Positions 10,525-21,299 are shown, numbered from the stretch's first letter. The stretch: 63,884 bases of DNA from Promethearchaeota archaeon (GCA_030603385.1 JAUVXW010000025.1:1-63884); one strand, 5' to 3'. Notes: generated by a model not told the origin, from the letters alone. Made by a program: numbers and translations.

Positions 10525-11271
10525 ATGAGCTATATAGAAAAAAAATATAATACTAAGATTAAGGAAACATTTGGACAATTATCAATCTTAGATGATTCTC
10601 TGCTTATCCAATTAAGCAAAAAATCTGTAAAAAATGTCAACGAAATTGCTAAGTTATGTGCCGATTTTAACCATAATATAAATCTTATACTTAAGAAGTA
10701 TTATCCGGAAATAAGAGAAATGAATGATAAAGTAATCATTAAATCTACCTTAAAATTTTATTATGATTTGATCTATAAATTAACAGATTTAGTAAGAAAT
10801 ATTGAAAATATCCAAAAAATTGACCAAGAATATTATGATAAGTTAATAGAGTTTATTAATGAAAAAGAAAGTCTGATTTCCGGGAAGTATAGAATTATAT
10901 CTGCTCAAGAATTAAGTGCTTTTTATGATCAGAATTCGCGACAAAACTTGGAGAAAATTCTTTTAGAAAAAATAGAAAGTAAAAGCAGGAATTACTTTAC
11001 TTTTGGCTCTTTGGAAGAAGAAATCAAGAAAATTGCTCTGATGGCAGGTTCTAGTTCGGTTATAATTACGGTTGCGGATAAATTATGCAAAGAAGACTTA
11101 GAATCTGCAAAGTCAATTATTATTTTTGATATAGGCGAAGATCAAGATTTTAAGTATTTAACAAAAATAGGAGAAGAAATCAAGAAGTATTTAGATTCTA
11201 AAAACTATGAATCAATTGTTAAGAATGGTACTATCATTACAGATGCGAAACTACTTCCTGACAAAAATTAA
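10525..11271 (+). CDS. Hypothetical protein
   Basis: Long ORF; ATG at 10525 (MSYIEK) preferred over GTG at 10501. Confidence 0.7.
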   Translation: MSYIEKKYNTKIKETFGQLSILDDSLLIQLSKKSVKNVNEIAKLCADFNHNINLILKKYYPEIREMNDKVIIKSTLKFYYDLIYKLTDLVRNIENIQKIDQEYYDKLIEFINEKESLISGKYRIISAQELSAFYDQNSRQNLEKILLEKIESKSRNYFTFGSLEEEIKKIALMAGSSSVIITVADKLCKEDLESAKSIIIFDIGEDQDFKYLTKIGEEIKKYLDSKNYESIVKNGTIITDAKLLPDKN

Positions 11272-11398
11272 CGCTTCTTATTCCTTAATTTCCTTATGGT
11301 TGATATTATTCTTTTTAAATTTCAATTCTATTATGAACATTCTTAAATTTGTTTGACAAATTATAATTAAGAATTAGTAGTAATTTTAATTTGATTCT

Positions 11399-12373
11399 AT
11401 GAAAAATTATTGGTTTAGTTTAAGAGTAGTTATTCTTTTTTTCCTCCTAATTTTAAGTTATATTGTTCTCTATTATTTTTTCTATTATAATCAGAGGTTT
11501 GAAAGGGACACTAGTAAATTAAGAGTCAATTCGATGATTACTATTCTCTTTTTTATTGCTTTATTTTACATACTCTTCTTTCTGATTGATATTTCGGTTT
11601 ATAATATAATTTTTGGCATTGTAATTTCACTTGGAACTCTCTTATGGATAGGTATTTATTTCCTTGAATTTTATAAGATTGAACTCGGTTTATGGAATTG
11701 GAAACCTATAAGAAATTCTGCTGCTATTCTATGTATTTCTATTTTGTCTCCAGGATTTACTTTGTATATAATTAAATTTATCAAGAATAACTCTAATCCT
11801 AATAGAAAATGGAAAATTATTAAGAATTATCATATTCATGAAGGGTTTGTAGGTATTCTATTCGTCATAATAGCTTTTTTCTTATGGTTAATTCGTTTTT
11901 TGATGATCCAACATGAAGCATTGAAGAAGAGATTAAGAATATTTCTAGCAATAGACATGATTTTGCTATTTTTATTTTTATTCAGTGGTGGCTTTCTAAT
12001 TTTGAGAGATAGAAGAGATATCGTTAGACTAAAGTTTATCGAAAAAAGAAAGGATCAGTCTGGAAATAAAATATCTTCAATATTCAATCAAATTTCTCAA
12101 GATTCAGTACATTTTTTTAAATCTCCAAGAGGACTATATTATCCTTTCGGAATTTTATTGAATTGCTTTGCCGTAAATATGTTTATTCATGGAACTGATT
12201 TTTTACCAAAAGAATTTTTCAATTTAAGCCACGAAACAATAATTTTCATAGGATTTATACTTTGTTTTGTTGCTGGTGGAATGATTGGTCTTGATTGGTA
12301 TCGTTTATTTGCCAAAATTTATCCAAAATTATATCAAGAATTAGAGCAAATTTTAGACGATTTGAGAAAGTAA
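11399..12373 (+). CDS. Hypothetical multi-pass membrane protein
   Basis: About 8 hydrophobic segments; YHIHEGFVG motif. Confidence 0.75.
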   Translation: MKNYWFSLRVVILFFLLILSYIVLYYFFYYNQRFERDTSKLRVNSMITILFFIALFYILFFLIDISVYNIIFGIVISLGTLLWIGIYFLEFYKIELGLWNWKPIRNSAAILCISILSPGFTLYIIKFIKNNSNPNRKWKIIKNYHIHEGFVGILFVIIAFFLWLIRFLMIQHEALKKRLRIFLAIDMILLFLFLFSGGFLILRDRRDIVRLKFIEKRKDQSGNKISSIFNQISQDSVHFFKSPRGLYYPFGILLNCFAVNMFIHGTDFLPKEFFNLSHETIIFIGFILCFVAGGMIGLDWYRLFAKIYPKLYQELEQILDDLRK

Positions 12374-12453
12374 TGAGTAGTATAAAAACTTGATTTTTAG
12401 TGACTTACTCATAAAATATTTATTTTTTTAAGTATTTTGTTTAATGATTTCCC

Positions 12454-13929
12454 ATGGCAAAAAAGAAGAAGGAAGTCCCATTAACGGGAATAACTGTATC
12501 AAAAGAAGAAGATTTTTCTGGGTGGTACACGGAATTGATTAATAAAGCAGAATTAGCTGATATTAGGTACAATATTAAAGGATTTGTTGTATATCGGGAA
12601 TGGGCAACGATTACTATAAGAAAGATGTATAGAAAATATGAAGATCTGCTTGAAAAAAAAGGTCATTTACCATTGACAATGCCTTCTCTTATCCCTGAAT
12701 CAAATTTTAAATTAGAAGCTGCTCATGTTGAGGGCTTTGCACCAGAAGTATTTTGGGTAACGGAAGCTGGAAGCTCTGGAAAATTATCAGAACGATTAGC
12801 ATTACGTCCTACCAGCGAAACTGCTTTATATAAGATGTATGCTATGTGGATAAGAAGTTATAAAGATTTACCTTATAAAAGGTATTTATCATGCCAAGTT
12901 TGGAGATATGAAGGTAAAATGACGAGACCATTCTTCAGGGGCAGAGAGTTTCATTGGATTGAATCACATAATGTATTTGCTACAATGGAGGGTGCAATGG
13001 AGCAAGTTAAGGAGGATATGGAAACGACATATCAAATGCTTCAAGATGAGTGTTGTATTCCAATTATCTTTTTTCAAAGGCCAGAATGGGATAAATTCGC
13101 TGGAGCAGTCCATACTTATGCTGCAGATGCATTAATGGGGTCTGGAAAAGTTCTACAATTACCTTCAACACATCTTTTAGGCCAAAACTTTTCAAAACCA
13201 TTTAATGTCAATTTCGTGGACACTGATGGGAAAGAGAAATATGGTTATCAAACTTGTTATGGCCCTGCTCAAAGTAGAAATTATGGAGCGATGATTGCTT
13301 ATCTTGGCGATGATAAAGGATTAATTCTACCATTTGATTTAGCACCAATTCAAATTATCGTGATCCCTATTCTTTTCAAGGGAAAAGAACAACCAGTCTT
13401 GAAAAAGGCGAACGAGATTCTTGAAAGGTTAAAACAAAATTATTCAGTAAAAATCGATATTAGTGATGAATCTGTTGGAAGCAAATTCTATTATTGGGAA
13501 TTAAGAGGTGTTCCAATTAGAATAGAGATAGGCCCTAAAGATCTTGAGAAGAATCAATTAGTTTTAGTGAAACGTCATGATGGAGAAAAAGTCATAGTAA
13601 AAGAGGCAGATCTAGAAAATATAGTAGAGGAAATTGCTCAGAATTACACAAAAGAGATTAAAGAGAAGTCATTAATGGATTTCGAGTCTCAGATAGAATG
13701 TGTATATGAGAAGGATGCTGCGATAGAAGCAATAAATAATGGAAAAATCGTTTGTTGTGGATTTTGCTCAATTGATCACGATGGAGAGAGATGTGCGGAA
13801 GTAGTGGAAAAGGAAATTGGTGGAGAAGTGAGAGGAAAGCGAGTGGATGAAGAAAAACACGAGTTTGCAACATGTTTAATTTGTGGAAAACCTGCTTCGT
13901 GCACAATCTATATTGCTAGAAGTTATTGA
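12454..13929 (+). CDS. proS: Proline--tRNA ligase, archaeal/eukaryotic type
   Basis: FSGWY, LRPTSE, PFFRGREF.W.E.H, WELRGVPIRIEIGP, C-terminal Zn-binding Cys and terminal Tyr. Confidence 0.97.
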   Translation: MAKKKKEVPLTGITVSKEEDFSGWYTELINKAELADIRYNIKGFVVYREWATITIRKMYRKYEDLLEKKGHLPLTMPSLIPESNFKLEAAHVEGFAPEVFWVTEAGSSGKLSERLALRPTSETALYKMYAMWIRSYKDLPYKRYLSCQVWRYEGKMTRPFFRGREFHWIESHNVFATMEGAMEQVKEDMETTYQMLQDECCIPIIFFQRPEWDKFAGAVHTYAADALMGSGKVLQLPSTHLLGQNFSKPFNVNFVDTDGKEKYGYQTCYGPAQSRNYGAMIAYLGDDKGLILPFDLAPIQIIVIPILFKGKEQPVLKKANEILERLKQNYSVKIDISDESVGSKFYYWELRGVPIRIEIGPKDLEKNQLVLVKRHDGEKVIVKEADLENIVEEIAQNYTKEIKEKSLMDFESQIECVYEKDAAIEAINNGKIVCCGFCSIDHDGERCAEVVEKEIGGEVRGKRVDEEKHEFATCLICGKPASCTIYIARSY

Positions 13930-14077
13930 ATGCAATTTAAACTATTTTTGTCTTTAAAATTTTCTTATATCTTTATTTCAGAAGAAACATAAAAACTCCA
14001 ACAAATAAGTCTATTAATATATAATTATTCCAAATAAGTAGGTTAAAAACAATTTATCTGAATATACTAAGGATATC

Positions 14078-14587
14078 ATGAGCTTAGTTCCTAAAAAAAT
14101 TTTTTATGTTAAAGGAAAAGGATTTTCCACTAATTCAGAATTACGCTCATTTGAACAGGCATTAAGAGACGCTGGTATTGAAAAATTCAATATTGTTAAG
14201 GTATCATCAATTATCCCTCCATTTTGCAAGGAAGTTAGTAAAGATGTAGGCTTAAAAGAGCTTAAAACGGGTCAAGTAGTTTATAGTGTTATGAGCAAAA
14301 TAAGTTCAAATAAAAAGGATAAAGAAATATGTGCATCCATAGGAGCAGCTAAACCTGTGAAGGCAGAAGATTATGGCTATTTGAGTGAAAAACATTCTAT
14401 TGATGAAGATCCTGGGATAGTAGCTGAGATTACGAAAGCATTAGCTGCTGAAATGCTAGCGACAACACATGGAGTTTCATTCGATCCAAGCTTAAATATT
14501 AAAACAAAAAGTTTTACAGAATCTACAAAGGTTAGAAAAGATGGTGAATGGGCGACAGTACTATCTGCTGCTATTTTTATTTTATAG
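14078..14587 (+). CDS. pdaD: Pyruvoyl-dependent arginine decarboxylase
   Basis: SFEQALRDAGI..NIVKVSSIIPP (Ser-Ser cleavage site), YGYLSE. Confidence 0.9.
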   Translation: MSLVPKKIFYVKGKGFSTNSELRSFEQALRDAGIEKFNIVKVSSIIPPFCKEVSKDVGLKELKTGQVVYSVMSKISSNKKDKEICASIGAAKPVKAEDYGYLSEKHSIDEDPGIVAEITKALAAEMLATTHGVSFDPSLNIKTKSFTESTKVRKDGEWATVLSAAIFIL

Positions 14588-14637
14588 TTACAGTCACACA
14601 TCATTTTGAGAAGAGGACCACTAAATAAAATCTATTA

Positions 14638-15150
14638 CTAGGAATTTATTTCTTTTATATCTCCTCGAATTTTCTCATCAACCTTAAGAATTACTATTGT
14701 AGTTGGAGGACCGAAATAATTAGTTTCTAAGTACCCCTTACCAGGATTTATTAACCAAGTGTTTCCTTCTTGAGATATTTTTGCTTCGTGTGTATGGCCA
14801 TAAATTATAATATCAACATTTACTTTATTAAATTCTGTTAATACTTGAGTTTCAATAATTTCGGAGGGTCCACCACACGCAGGATGAGTAATGCCTATTT
14901 TTTTACCAGAAATCTCTATTACTTCTTTTGTGTTAACTCGATTTCTAATATCTTTTGGATCGGCATTACCATATACACCTTTAAATCGGTCTCCCTTGAG
15001 TTTTATTAAACCTTCTAGAACATCTAAAGAAACATAATCTCCAACATGGATAACCCAATCTGAATCTTCAATTTCTATCATCATTTCTCTGGGTAATTCT
15101 TCAAAATTTCTTATATGGGTATCTCCCAATATAGTAATCTTTACTGTCAT
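14638..15150 (-). CDS. YfcE/MJ0936-family metallophosphoesterase
   Basis: GDTH, HVGD, GNAD, GHTH, NPG motifs. Confidence 0.9.
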   Translation of the reverse strand: MTVKITILGDTHIRNFEELPREMMIEIEDSDWVIHVGDYVSLDVLEGLIKLKGDRFKGVYGNADPKDIRNRVNTKEVIEISGKKIGITHPACGGPSEIIETQVLTEFNKVNVDIIIYGHTHEAKISQEGNTWLINPGKGYLETNYFGPPTTIVILKVDEKIRGDIKEINS

Positions 15151-15246
15151 GCTAATATATCAGATGTTTTTTAAGAGATAAAATCAATTAATTTCATAGA
15201 AAATAACATTATTTTATGTTATTAAGACTCAATTAGTAGAAGTAAA

Positions 15247-15750
15247 TTACAGTTCTTTTATGATTTTATTTAAGGGGTTTCTATAAGTAGGTTCTGGTAT
15301 ATCTCCTTGGATGTATCCAAAGGGGAGTACAGTTAATAGATAATCATTTGCTTTCAATCCTAATATTTGCTTTGCTTTGCCTTTATTCATTGATCCTATC
15401 CAACAAGTTCCAATTCCTAAAGACCAAGCCATTAAAATCATGTTCATTGAGACTAGAGAAGTATCAACTACATACCAATTACCGCTAATCCTTGGCTTTC
15501 CCACAATAGCTACGGCAAATGAAGATTCGCCAATAAACCAACCATAACCGGTGACTCTAGCTATTTTCTTCAATACATCTTTACTTTTAATAACTAAAAA
15601 TTCCCAAGGTTGACGATTTGAAGCACTTGGCGCCCACCGTCCTGCTTCCAAAATCATATCTATTTCTTTTTCTGGAATTGGCTTATCTTGAAATGCTCTT
15701 ATACTTCTTCTCTCTTTAATAAAATCTAATAAAATTTTTGGATCAATCAT
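15247..15750 (-). CDS. Nitroreductase family protein
   Basis: RRSIR, APSASNRQPW, LGIGTCWIG. Confidence 0.92.
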   Translation of the reverse strand: MIDPKILLDFIKERRSIRAFQDKPIPEKEIDMILEAGRWAPSASNRQPWEFLVIKSKDVLKKIARVTGYGWFIGESSFAVAIVGKPRISGNWYVVDTSLVSMNMILMAWSLGIGTCWIGSMNKGKAKQILGLKANDYLLTVLPFGYIQGDIPEPTYRNPLNKIIKEL

Positions 15751-15894
15751 TACATATTACACCTGCAAACTTAAATCCTAATCTTTTTATATCTAAAAAC
15801 CATTAAAAATGCTTCCAATATAAGTTATAATCAATAAATTATTGTTCACTTTAAAAATTGGATTTAATTATATTAGATTAGAAGAAGCAGATTT

Positions 15895-17160
15895 CTATGA
15901 GCCGTTATTGTTTTTGTATTTATAGTAATCTGATTCAAAATTCGGAAATATTTTATTTTTCCTTCCTTCTTTTTCCAATTTGATGAGGCCTAGTTCATTT
16001 AGTTTATTTAAATGATAATGAATCGTTTTATGATCAACCTTGAATTTCTTTGTGATTAAATTATTCCAAATACCAGGCTCTTGTTCAATCATTTCTAAAA
16101 TTTTTAAAGTAAGTTTGCTTTTTTGTAATTTCAAATCTACATTAGATATTGGATTTTTCTGATAATAAGGAAAATACGCAATAAAGTTACCTACTCTTTT
16201 TTTTCCTATAATTTTATAAGTCTGCAGAATATCAAGATGCCAAACTAAATTTCCTGCCGCAAGCCCAGTTTTTCTTAGTAATTCGTTGAAATGGATTCCT
16301 GGTTCGTTCAGTATGAGATCAATAATTTTATTTCGATTTTCGTTTTCCAATACCTCATCTAAAGATAATCTATGAGCTCCTTTCTCAATTGATACAGTTC
16401 TTTTTCTTAAATATTGGAAATATTCCTTTTTTGATATTAAAAATGCGATTGAAAGTAGACCTACAGCAATTATCATAATAGTAAAAATTATCCAAGACCA
16501 ATCATATGGTCCTGTACTAAACTCGAAAAGTGTTACATAATATTCAGTATCACTTTCAATTTCTGTTAAAGTGCTTTCTAAGTATAACTCTGAAATTGAT
16601 TCATTAAGTTTCTCCTCTGTATCAACTAATTCCCATGCTTCTTGATTAATATTGAATATCGCTAATGAATAATTTATGTTAGAATTTAATCCAAATTGAG
16701 TTATTTTACGGTACCTAATTGTAAAATTTTGAATTGATGAATTTGATCTAATTTTAAAAATGCAGTTATATTGATATCGTAATTGGAAATTTCCTTTTTT
16801 GGGTGAACTAGGAGGGTGAGATATCCCAAAATTCCTCATATTTACTTTTGATGTTATATTTAAAGAAATTGATTCATTATTATTAAAAGCAAATGAACTT
16901 TGACGATTAGCTATCTTATTTTCATATTCTAAATAGAGATTTATTCTTGAATTTGTTGTAATTTCAAAAATAATATTATTCGGAAAGTGATAAGAAACAA
17001 ATTCATCGGATTCGACTATATCAGTCGTCCAAAATTCGGAAATGTTTTCAGTTCTCGCAGCTGCATCAGATAAAACTATACTTAATTCAAAAAGAATTAT
17101 AAATAATATTATAAGACTAAATCTGCATTTTTTCCGGTTATGTATATTTTTATAAACCAA
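15895..17160 (-). CDS. Membrane-anchored transcription regulator (ectodomain, TM helix, tandem winged HTH)
   Basis: N-terminal signal/TM, second TM near aa 222-243, then LENENRNKII..PGIHFNEL..WHL and a second HTH (HYHLNKL). Confidence 0.8.
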   Translation of the reverse strand: MVYKNIHNRKKCRFSLIILFIILFELSIVLSDAAARTENISEFWTTDIVESDEFVSYHFPNNIIFEITTNSRINLYLEYENKIANRQSSFAFNNNESISLNITSKVNMRNFGISHPPSSPKKGNFQLRYQYNCIFKIRSNSSIQNFTIRYRKITQFGLNSNINYSLAIFNINQEAWELVDTEEKLNESISELYLESTLTEIESDTEYYVTLFEFSTGPYDWSWIIFTIMIIAVGLLSIAFLISKKEYFQYLRKRTVSIEKGAHRLSLDEVLENENRNKIIDLILNEPGIHFNELLRKTGLAAGNLVWHLDILQTYKIIGKKRVGNFIAYFPYYQKNPISNVDLKLQKSKLTLKILEMIEQEPGIWNNLITKKFKVDHKTIHYHLNKLNELGLIKLEKEGRKNKIFPNFESDYYKYKNNNGS

Positions 17161-17244
17161 TTATCTTCAAATTTCTATTATTCATTCATAGATTTATATA
17201 TAAAATAAAAAAAAAATAATTTTTTAATAACTTTTTGCTTGCTT

Positions 17245-17925
17245 TCATTTTCTTCTTTGAAGAAATATGACTGAAATCACAGCTATGATGCCAACAATGC
17301 TTATAAGACCTATATAAAGTAGCATGTTATTTCCAGATTCAGGAATTAATACCGTCCAATATGAAAAATGGTCTGTCTCAGCGACTAAATATCCATCTTC
17401 TACTGTAGTTGGAACTGAAACCCATTCTTCTGTGGCTTCATTATAGTAAGCCCATGTTCCAACACGATTTTGATTATTTGCCTCTATTTTTAATTTAGCT
17501 TGAACTTCACCTGAATTATTACACTGAAGTGAAATACAAAAACCTTCTTGGTATAAATACCTATGTCGGTTTCGTACAGTATATCTGTTCCCCATCAACA
17601 ATCCTAATTCAGCTTGCTCTTCAGTACATGTCATATTCATTTGAAGATCTTGATCACAGTCAACTTCAATTTCAAAAGACTTGACGCCAATCCTTAAAGA
17701 ATCACAGTTAATATCTACATCGATATTAACTGTAGAATCAAATGTTAGTCTTGTCCTCAGTCGAAATCTAAACGCTACACGATTATTTGCTTGTATTCGT
17801 GTTTGATAAGTATCATCATTTATATCAATAGGAGTTTCTGCAGCTAATACAGTATTGGTACTTAACATTGTAAAAAGAATCGCTAAAGCAACGCTTCCAA
17901 TCAATATTTTATTTAATTTTTTCAT
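17245..17925 (-). CDS. Secreted/surface protein with C-terminal membrane anchor
   Basis: Signal peptide, WAYYNE..EW and TDHFSYW motifs, C-terminal TM followed by RRK. Confidence 0.8.
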   Translation of the reverse strand: MKKLNKILIGSVALAILFTMLSTNTVLAAETPIDINDDTYQTRIQANNRVAFRFRLRTRLTFDSTVNIDVDINCDSLRIGVKSFEIEVDCDQDLQMNMTCTEEQAELGLLMGNRYTVRNRHRYLYQEGFCISLQCNNSGEVQAKLKIEANNQNRVGTWAYYNEATEEWVSVPTTVEDGYLVAETDHFSYWTVLIPESGNNMLLYIGLISIVGIIAVISVIFLQRRK

Positions 17926-18118
17926 TTTTATTTAAACCAAAATTTTACTAATTGAAATAAATGAGTTTGATATAAAAAGCGTTAAGGAACATTTATCCCC
18001 ATTTAAATTTTTATAAATAAATACCAGTTTAATTATACATTCGAGTTGAATTATCGTAATATTTTTAAAACTACAAGCAATTTATTTTATAAAATACAAT
18101 TCTATTGGATTAAGAGAA

Positions 18119-18229
18119 ATGAGAACGCTTCAATTTTCATATAAATCTAGACTTAAAAATTATTCGAAGCGTTTTTTTTCATTAGGATTGCGTTTAAATG
18201 AATTAGATTTAGACTTATTATTATTATAA
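18119..18229 (+). CDS. Putative leucine-rich leader peptide of the leu operon (36 aa)
   Basis: MRTLQFSYKSRLKNYSKRFFSLGLRLNELDLDLLLL*; 11 Leu, ends TTA TTA TTA TTA TAA, 95 nt before leuA. Confidence 0.65.
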   Translation: MRTLQFSYKSRLKNYSKRFFSLGLRLNELDLDLLLL

Positions 18230-18290
18230 TAAGCCTTCTTTATCTGTGGAAGAAATATCAATACTTCTCTCATAGTAATAAGAGGGTTGT
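18119..18290 (+). promoter_or_regulatory. Candidate attenuator-like leader with alternative RNA pairings
   Basis: 18214-18223 pairs with 18273-18282; alternatively 18232-18240 pairs with 18280-18288; hairpin 18124-18131/18166-18173 runs into a T8 tract. Confidence 0.55.
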
Positions 18291-18324
18291 TAAATACTAA
18301 AGAGATTTAAAAAGGTTAAACGAA

Positions 18325-19947
18325 ATGAACGAAAAAAGCGATATTATGGTTTCCGATATGATGGAAAAAATTCGAGGGTCATTAATCCTACCCAAAAAAG
18401 CTTACTTCTTCGATACTACTCTTCGTGATGGAGAACAAACACCAGGAATTAGCTTTACACTAAAAGAAAAAATATCTATTGCCCAATCATTAAATGAACT
18501 AGGTATAGATGTAATTGAAGCAGGATTTCCAGTTATATCTCAAGGCGATTTTAAGGCATGTAAGGAAGTTGCGAAACTCGGTTTAGATTCAGAAGTAATA
18601 GGATTAGCTCGTATTAAGAAGATCGATATTGATAAGGTTATAGAAGCAGATATGGATTCAATTCATGTATTTATTGCAACTTCAGACTTGCATTTGAAAG
18701 AAAAACTAAAAATGACCAGAGAGGAAGTTATTGATAGTGTTAAAGAATTGATATCTTACGCCAAAGATCATTATTCTGATATTCAATTTTCAGCTGAAGA
18801 TGCAACACGTTCTGACTTAGACTATTTAATCAGGGTTAATCAAGCTGCCGTCGAAAGTGGAGCTACTCGAATTAACATACCAGATACTGTTGGAACAATA
18901 TCTCCAACCGCATTTGGATATATTGTTAGGAAAAATTATGAATTATTACCTAAAAATGTGCGGATTGCAGTGCACTGCCATAATGATTTTGGCTTAGCTG
19001 TGGCAAATACAATAGCCGGATTTGAAAGTGGGGCTTCCGAAGCTCAGACAACAATATTAGGGTTAGGTGAAAGAGCGGGAAATGCGTCATTTGAAGAAAC
19101 TGCTATGTCTCTTTATGCGTTATATCAAATTCCAATGCAGATAAATACAAGATTGATTTTTCCAACAGCAAAATTAGTTGAAAGTCTATGTGGGGGGAAA
19201 ATAACTATTGGTCGATTAACCCCGTTAATTGGTCAGAATGCATTTGCTCACGAATCAGGTATTCACGCCCATGCAATGATTCAGCACGCTCGTTCATACG
19301 AGCCTATAACGCCAGAATTAATAGGTATTAGACGTTCTGACAATGTTGAAGAAATAATTAGGCAGTCAATAAAATTGGGAAAACATACAGGAGGTCATGC
19401 ACTTAAAGCAAAATTAGAAGATTTAAGTATTCTTACTACGGACGTTCAATTTTCCAATATTATGGAACATGTTAAGGCTTTTGGAGATAAAGGACATGAG
19501 GTAACGGAAGAAGATTTCTATGCAATTTTAAAAGATGTTTTCGGAGAACTACCCGAAGAAGATCAATTCGTAAAACTCGAAGAATTAACAGTTTTAACTG
19601 GCTCTGTTATTCCTACATCTACTGTACGTTTAAAGATTGATGATAATGGAAATAGCATTGAAAAGATAGCCTCATCAATAGGGGTTGGAGCTGTAGATGC
19701 ATCAGTTAACGCAATTATTAAATGCTTTAAGCCGATGAGCAAGATTAAGTTATTAAATTATCAAATTGATGCTATAACAGGGGGAACTGAAGCATTAGCC
19801 CATACTACTATTGAAATTATGGATATTGAAAGCAATCACATCGTAAAAGCAAGTGCAACTCATGAAGATATCGTAATGAGCTCAGTTTTATCACTATTAA
19901 AAGGACTTAACCTTATAGTCAAGAAAAAAAATTCATCAAGCAATTAA
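18325..19947 (+). CDS. leuA: 2-isopropylmalate synthase (LeuA/CimA family)
   Basis: DTTLRDGEQ, HCHNDFG, GLGERAGN, HESGIH; C-terminal regulatory domain; upstream of leuCD. Confidence 0.9.
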   Translation: MNEKSDIMVSDMMEKIRGSLILPKKAYFFDTTLRDGEQTPGISFTLKEKISIAQSLNELGIDVIEAGFPVISQGDFKACKEVAKLGLDSEVIGLARIKKIDIDKVIEADMDSIHVFIATSDLHLKEKLKMTREEVIDSVKELISYAKDHYSDIQFSAEDATRSDLDYLIRVNQAAVESGATRINIPDTVGTISPTAFGYIVRKNYELLPKNVRIAVHCHNDFGLAVANTIAGFESGASEAQTTILGLGERAGNASFEETAMSLYALYQIPMQINTRLIFPTAKLVESLCGGKITIGRLTPLIGQNAFAHESGIHAHAMIQHARSYEPITPELIGIRRSDNVEEIIRQSIKLGKHTGGHALKAKLEDLSILTTDVQFSNIMEHVKAFGDKGHEVTEEDFYAILKDVFGELPEEDQFVKLEELTVLTGSVIPTSTVRLKIDDNGNSIEKIASSIGVGAVDASVNAIIKCFKPMSKIKLLNYQIDAITGGTEALAHTTIEIMDIESNHIVKASATHEDIVMSSVLSLLKGLNLIVKKKNSSSN

Positions 19948-20014
19948 TAAATCTCTAATATTTGTATAAGTTAATCTATCTATAACTTTTACGCAAAGAT
20001 AAGGTAAAGATCAT

Positions 20015-21289
20015 ATGGAGTTAACAATAACAGAGAAAATCTTGAGAGCCCATTGTGACAATAAGTCTGTTGTTGCCGGAGATTTTATCTTAGCCAACAT
20101 TGATCGCTGTTTAGCAAATGATATTACTGCTCCTATAGCTATAGAGGTTTTTGAAAGTGTCGTTGAAGGAACAGATAGAAGCCTTTTCGATAATGAAAAG
20201 ATTATACTAATTCCAGACCATTTTACACCAAATAAAGATGTCGTCTCAGCAATACAGTGTCAAATACTCAGAGAATTTGCTTATAAATATAACATTTTAA
20301 ATTATTTTGAAGTTGGTCGTGGTGGAATTGAACATTGTCTTATACCAGAGCAAGGATTAGTAGCTCCAGGAGAGGTTTTTATAGGTGCCGACTCTCATAC
20401 TTGCACATATGGCGCTCTTGGTGCTTTCTCAACAGGTGTTGGTTCTACAGATTTAGGTGTTGCAATGGCTTTAGGAAAATGTTGGCTTAAAATACCTGAA
20501 TCTATGCAATTTGTTTTTTCAGGAGAATTAAATAAATGGGTTTCTGGTAAAGACTTAATTTTGTACATAATTGGCAAAATCGGTGTTGATGGGGCTACTT
20601 ATAAAGCTATGGAATTTACTGGAGGTGTTATTAAAAATTTTTCCATGGACAATAGATTTACAATGTGCAATATGGCAATTGAAGCAGGCGCTAAAAACGG
20701 AATTATTGAACCGGATAAAATTACCTTAGATTATTTGGAAAAGGCTGGAAATTCTAAATATAAAATCTATGAAAGTGATAAAAATGCTGAATACATTGAT
20801 ATTATAGAATTTGAATGTAAAAATATTGAACCACAGGTTGCGTTACCTCCTTTACCTGAAAATTCTAAACCAATTTCAGAAGTAAACAATATGAGAGTGG
20901 AAATAGATCAATCAATAATAGGTTCTTGTACTAATGGTCGCATGGAAGACTTGAAAATTGCTGCGAATATTTTAAAACAACAAAAAATTCATCGTAATGT
21001 AAGGTGTATTATTATTCCAGGTACTCAAAATATATATCTTCAAGCATTAAAAGAAGGATTAATAGAGATTTTTATTGATGCTGGTGCGATTGTTTCAACT
21101 CCTACCTGCGGTCCTTGTTTAGGAGGACATATGGGGATTCTTGCAGCCGGAGAAAAAGCAATCTCAACAACAAATAGGAATTTTAAAGGCAGGATGGGAC
21201 ATATAGAAAGTGAAGTGTATTTATCAAGCCCCGCTATTGCTGCTGCCTCGGCTATTAAGGGATATATTACATCACCAGAATTTATTTAG
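20015..21289 (+). CDS. leuC: 3-isopropylmalate dehydratase large subunit
   Basis: [34 protein letters not shown]. Confidence 0.95.
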   Translation: MELTITEKILRAHCDNKSVVAGDFILANIDRCLANDITAPIAIEVFESVVEGTDRSLFDNEKIILIPDHFTPNKDVVSAIQCQILREFAYKYNILNYFEVGRGGIEHCLIPEQGLVAPGEVFIGADSHTCTYGALGAFSTGVGSTDLGVAMALGKCWLKIPESMQFVFSGELNKWVSGKDLILYIIGKIGVDGATYKAMEFTGGVIKNFSMDNRFTMCNMAIEAGAKNGIIEPDKITLDYLEKAGNSKYKIYESDKNAEYIDIIEFECKNIEPQVALPPLPENSKPISEVNNMRVEIDQSIIGSCTNGRMEDLKIAANILKQQKIHRNVRCIIIPGTQNIYLQALKEGLIEIFIDAGAIVSTPTCGPCLGGHMGILAAGEKAISTTNRNFKGRMGHIESEVYLSSPAIAAASAIKGYITSPEFI

Positions 21290-21299
21290 GGTGAAAATA

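Noticed and set aside
21210-21299. N-terminal extension of leuD in the ORF track
   Set aside because: Overlaps leuC; homology and the SD indicate a start at 21300
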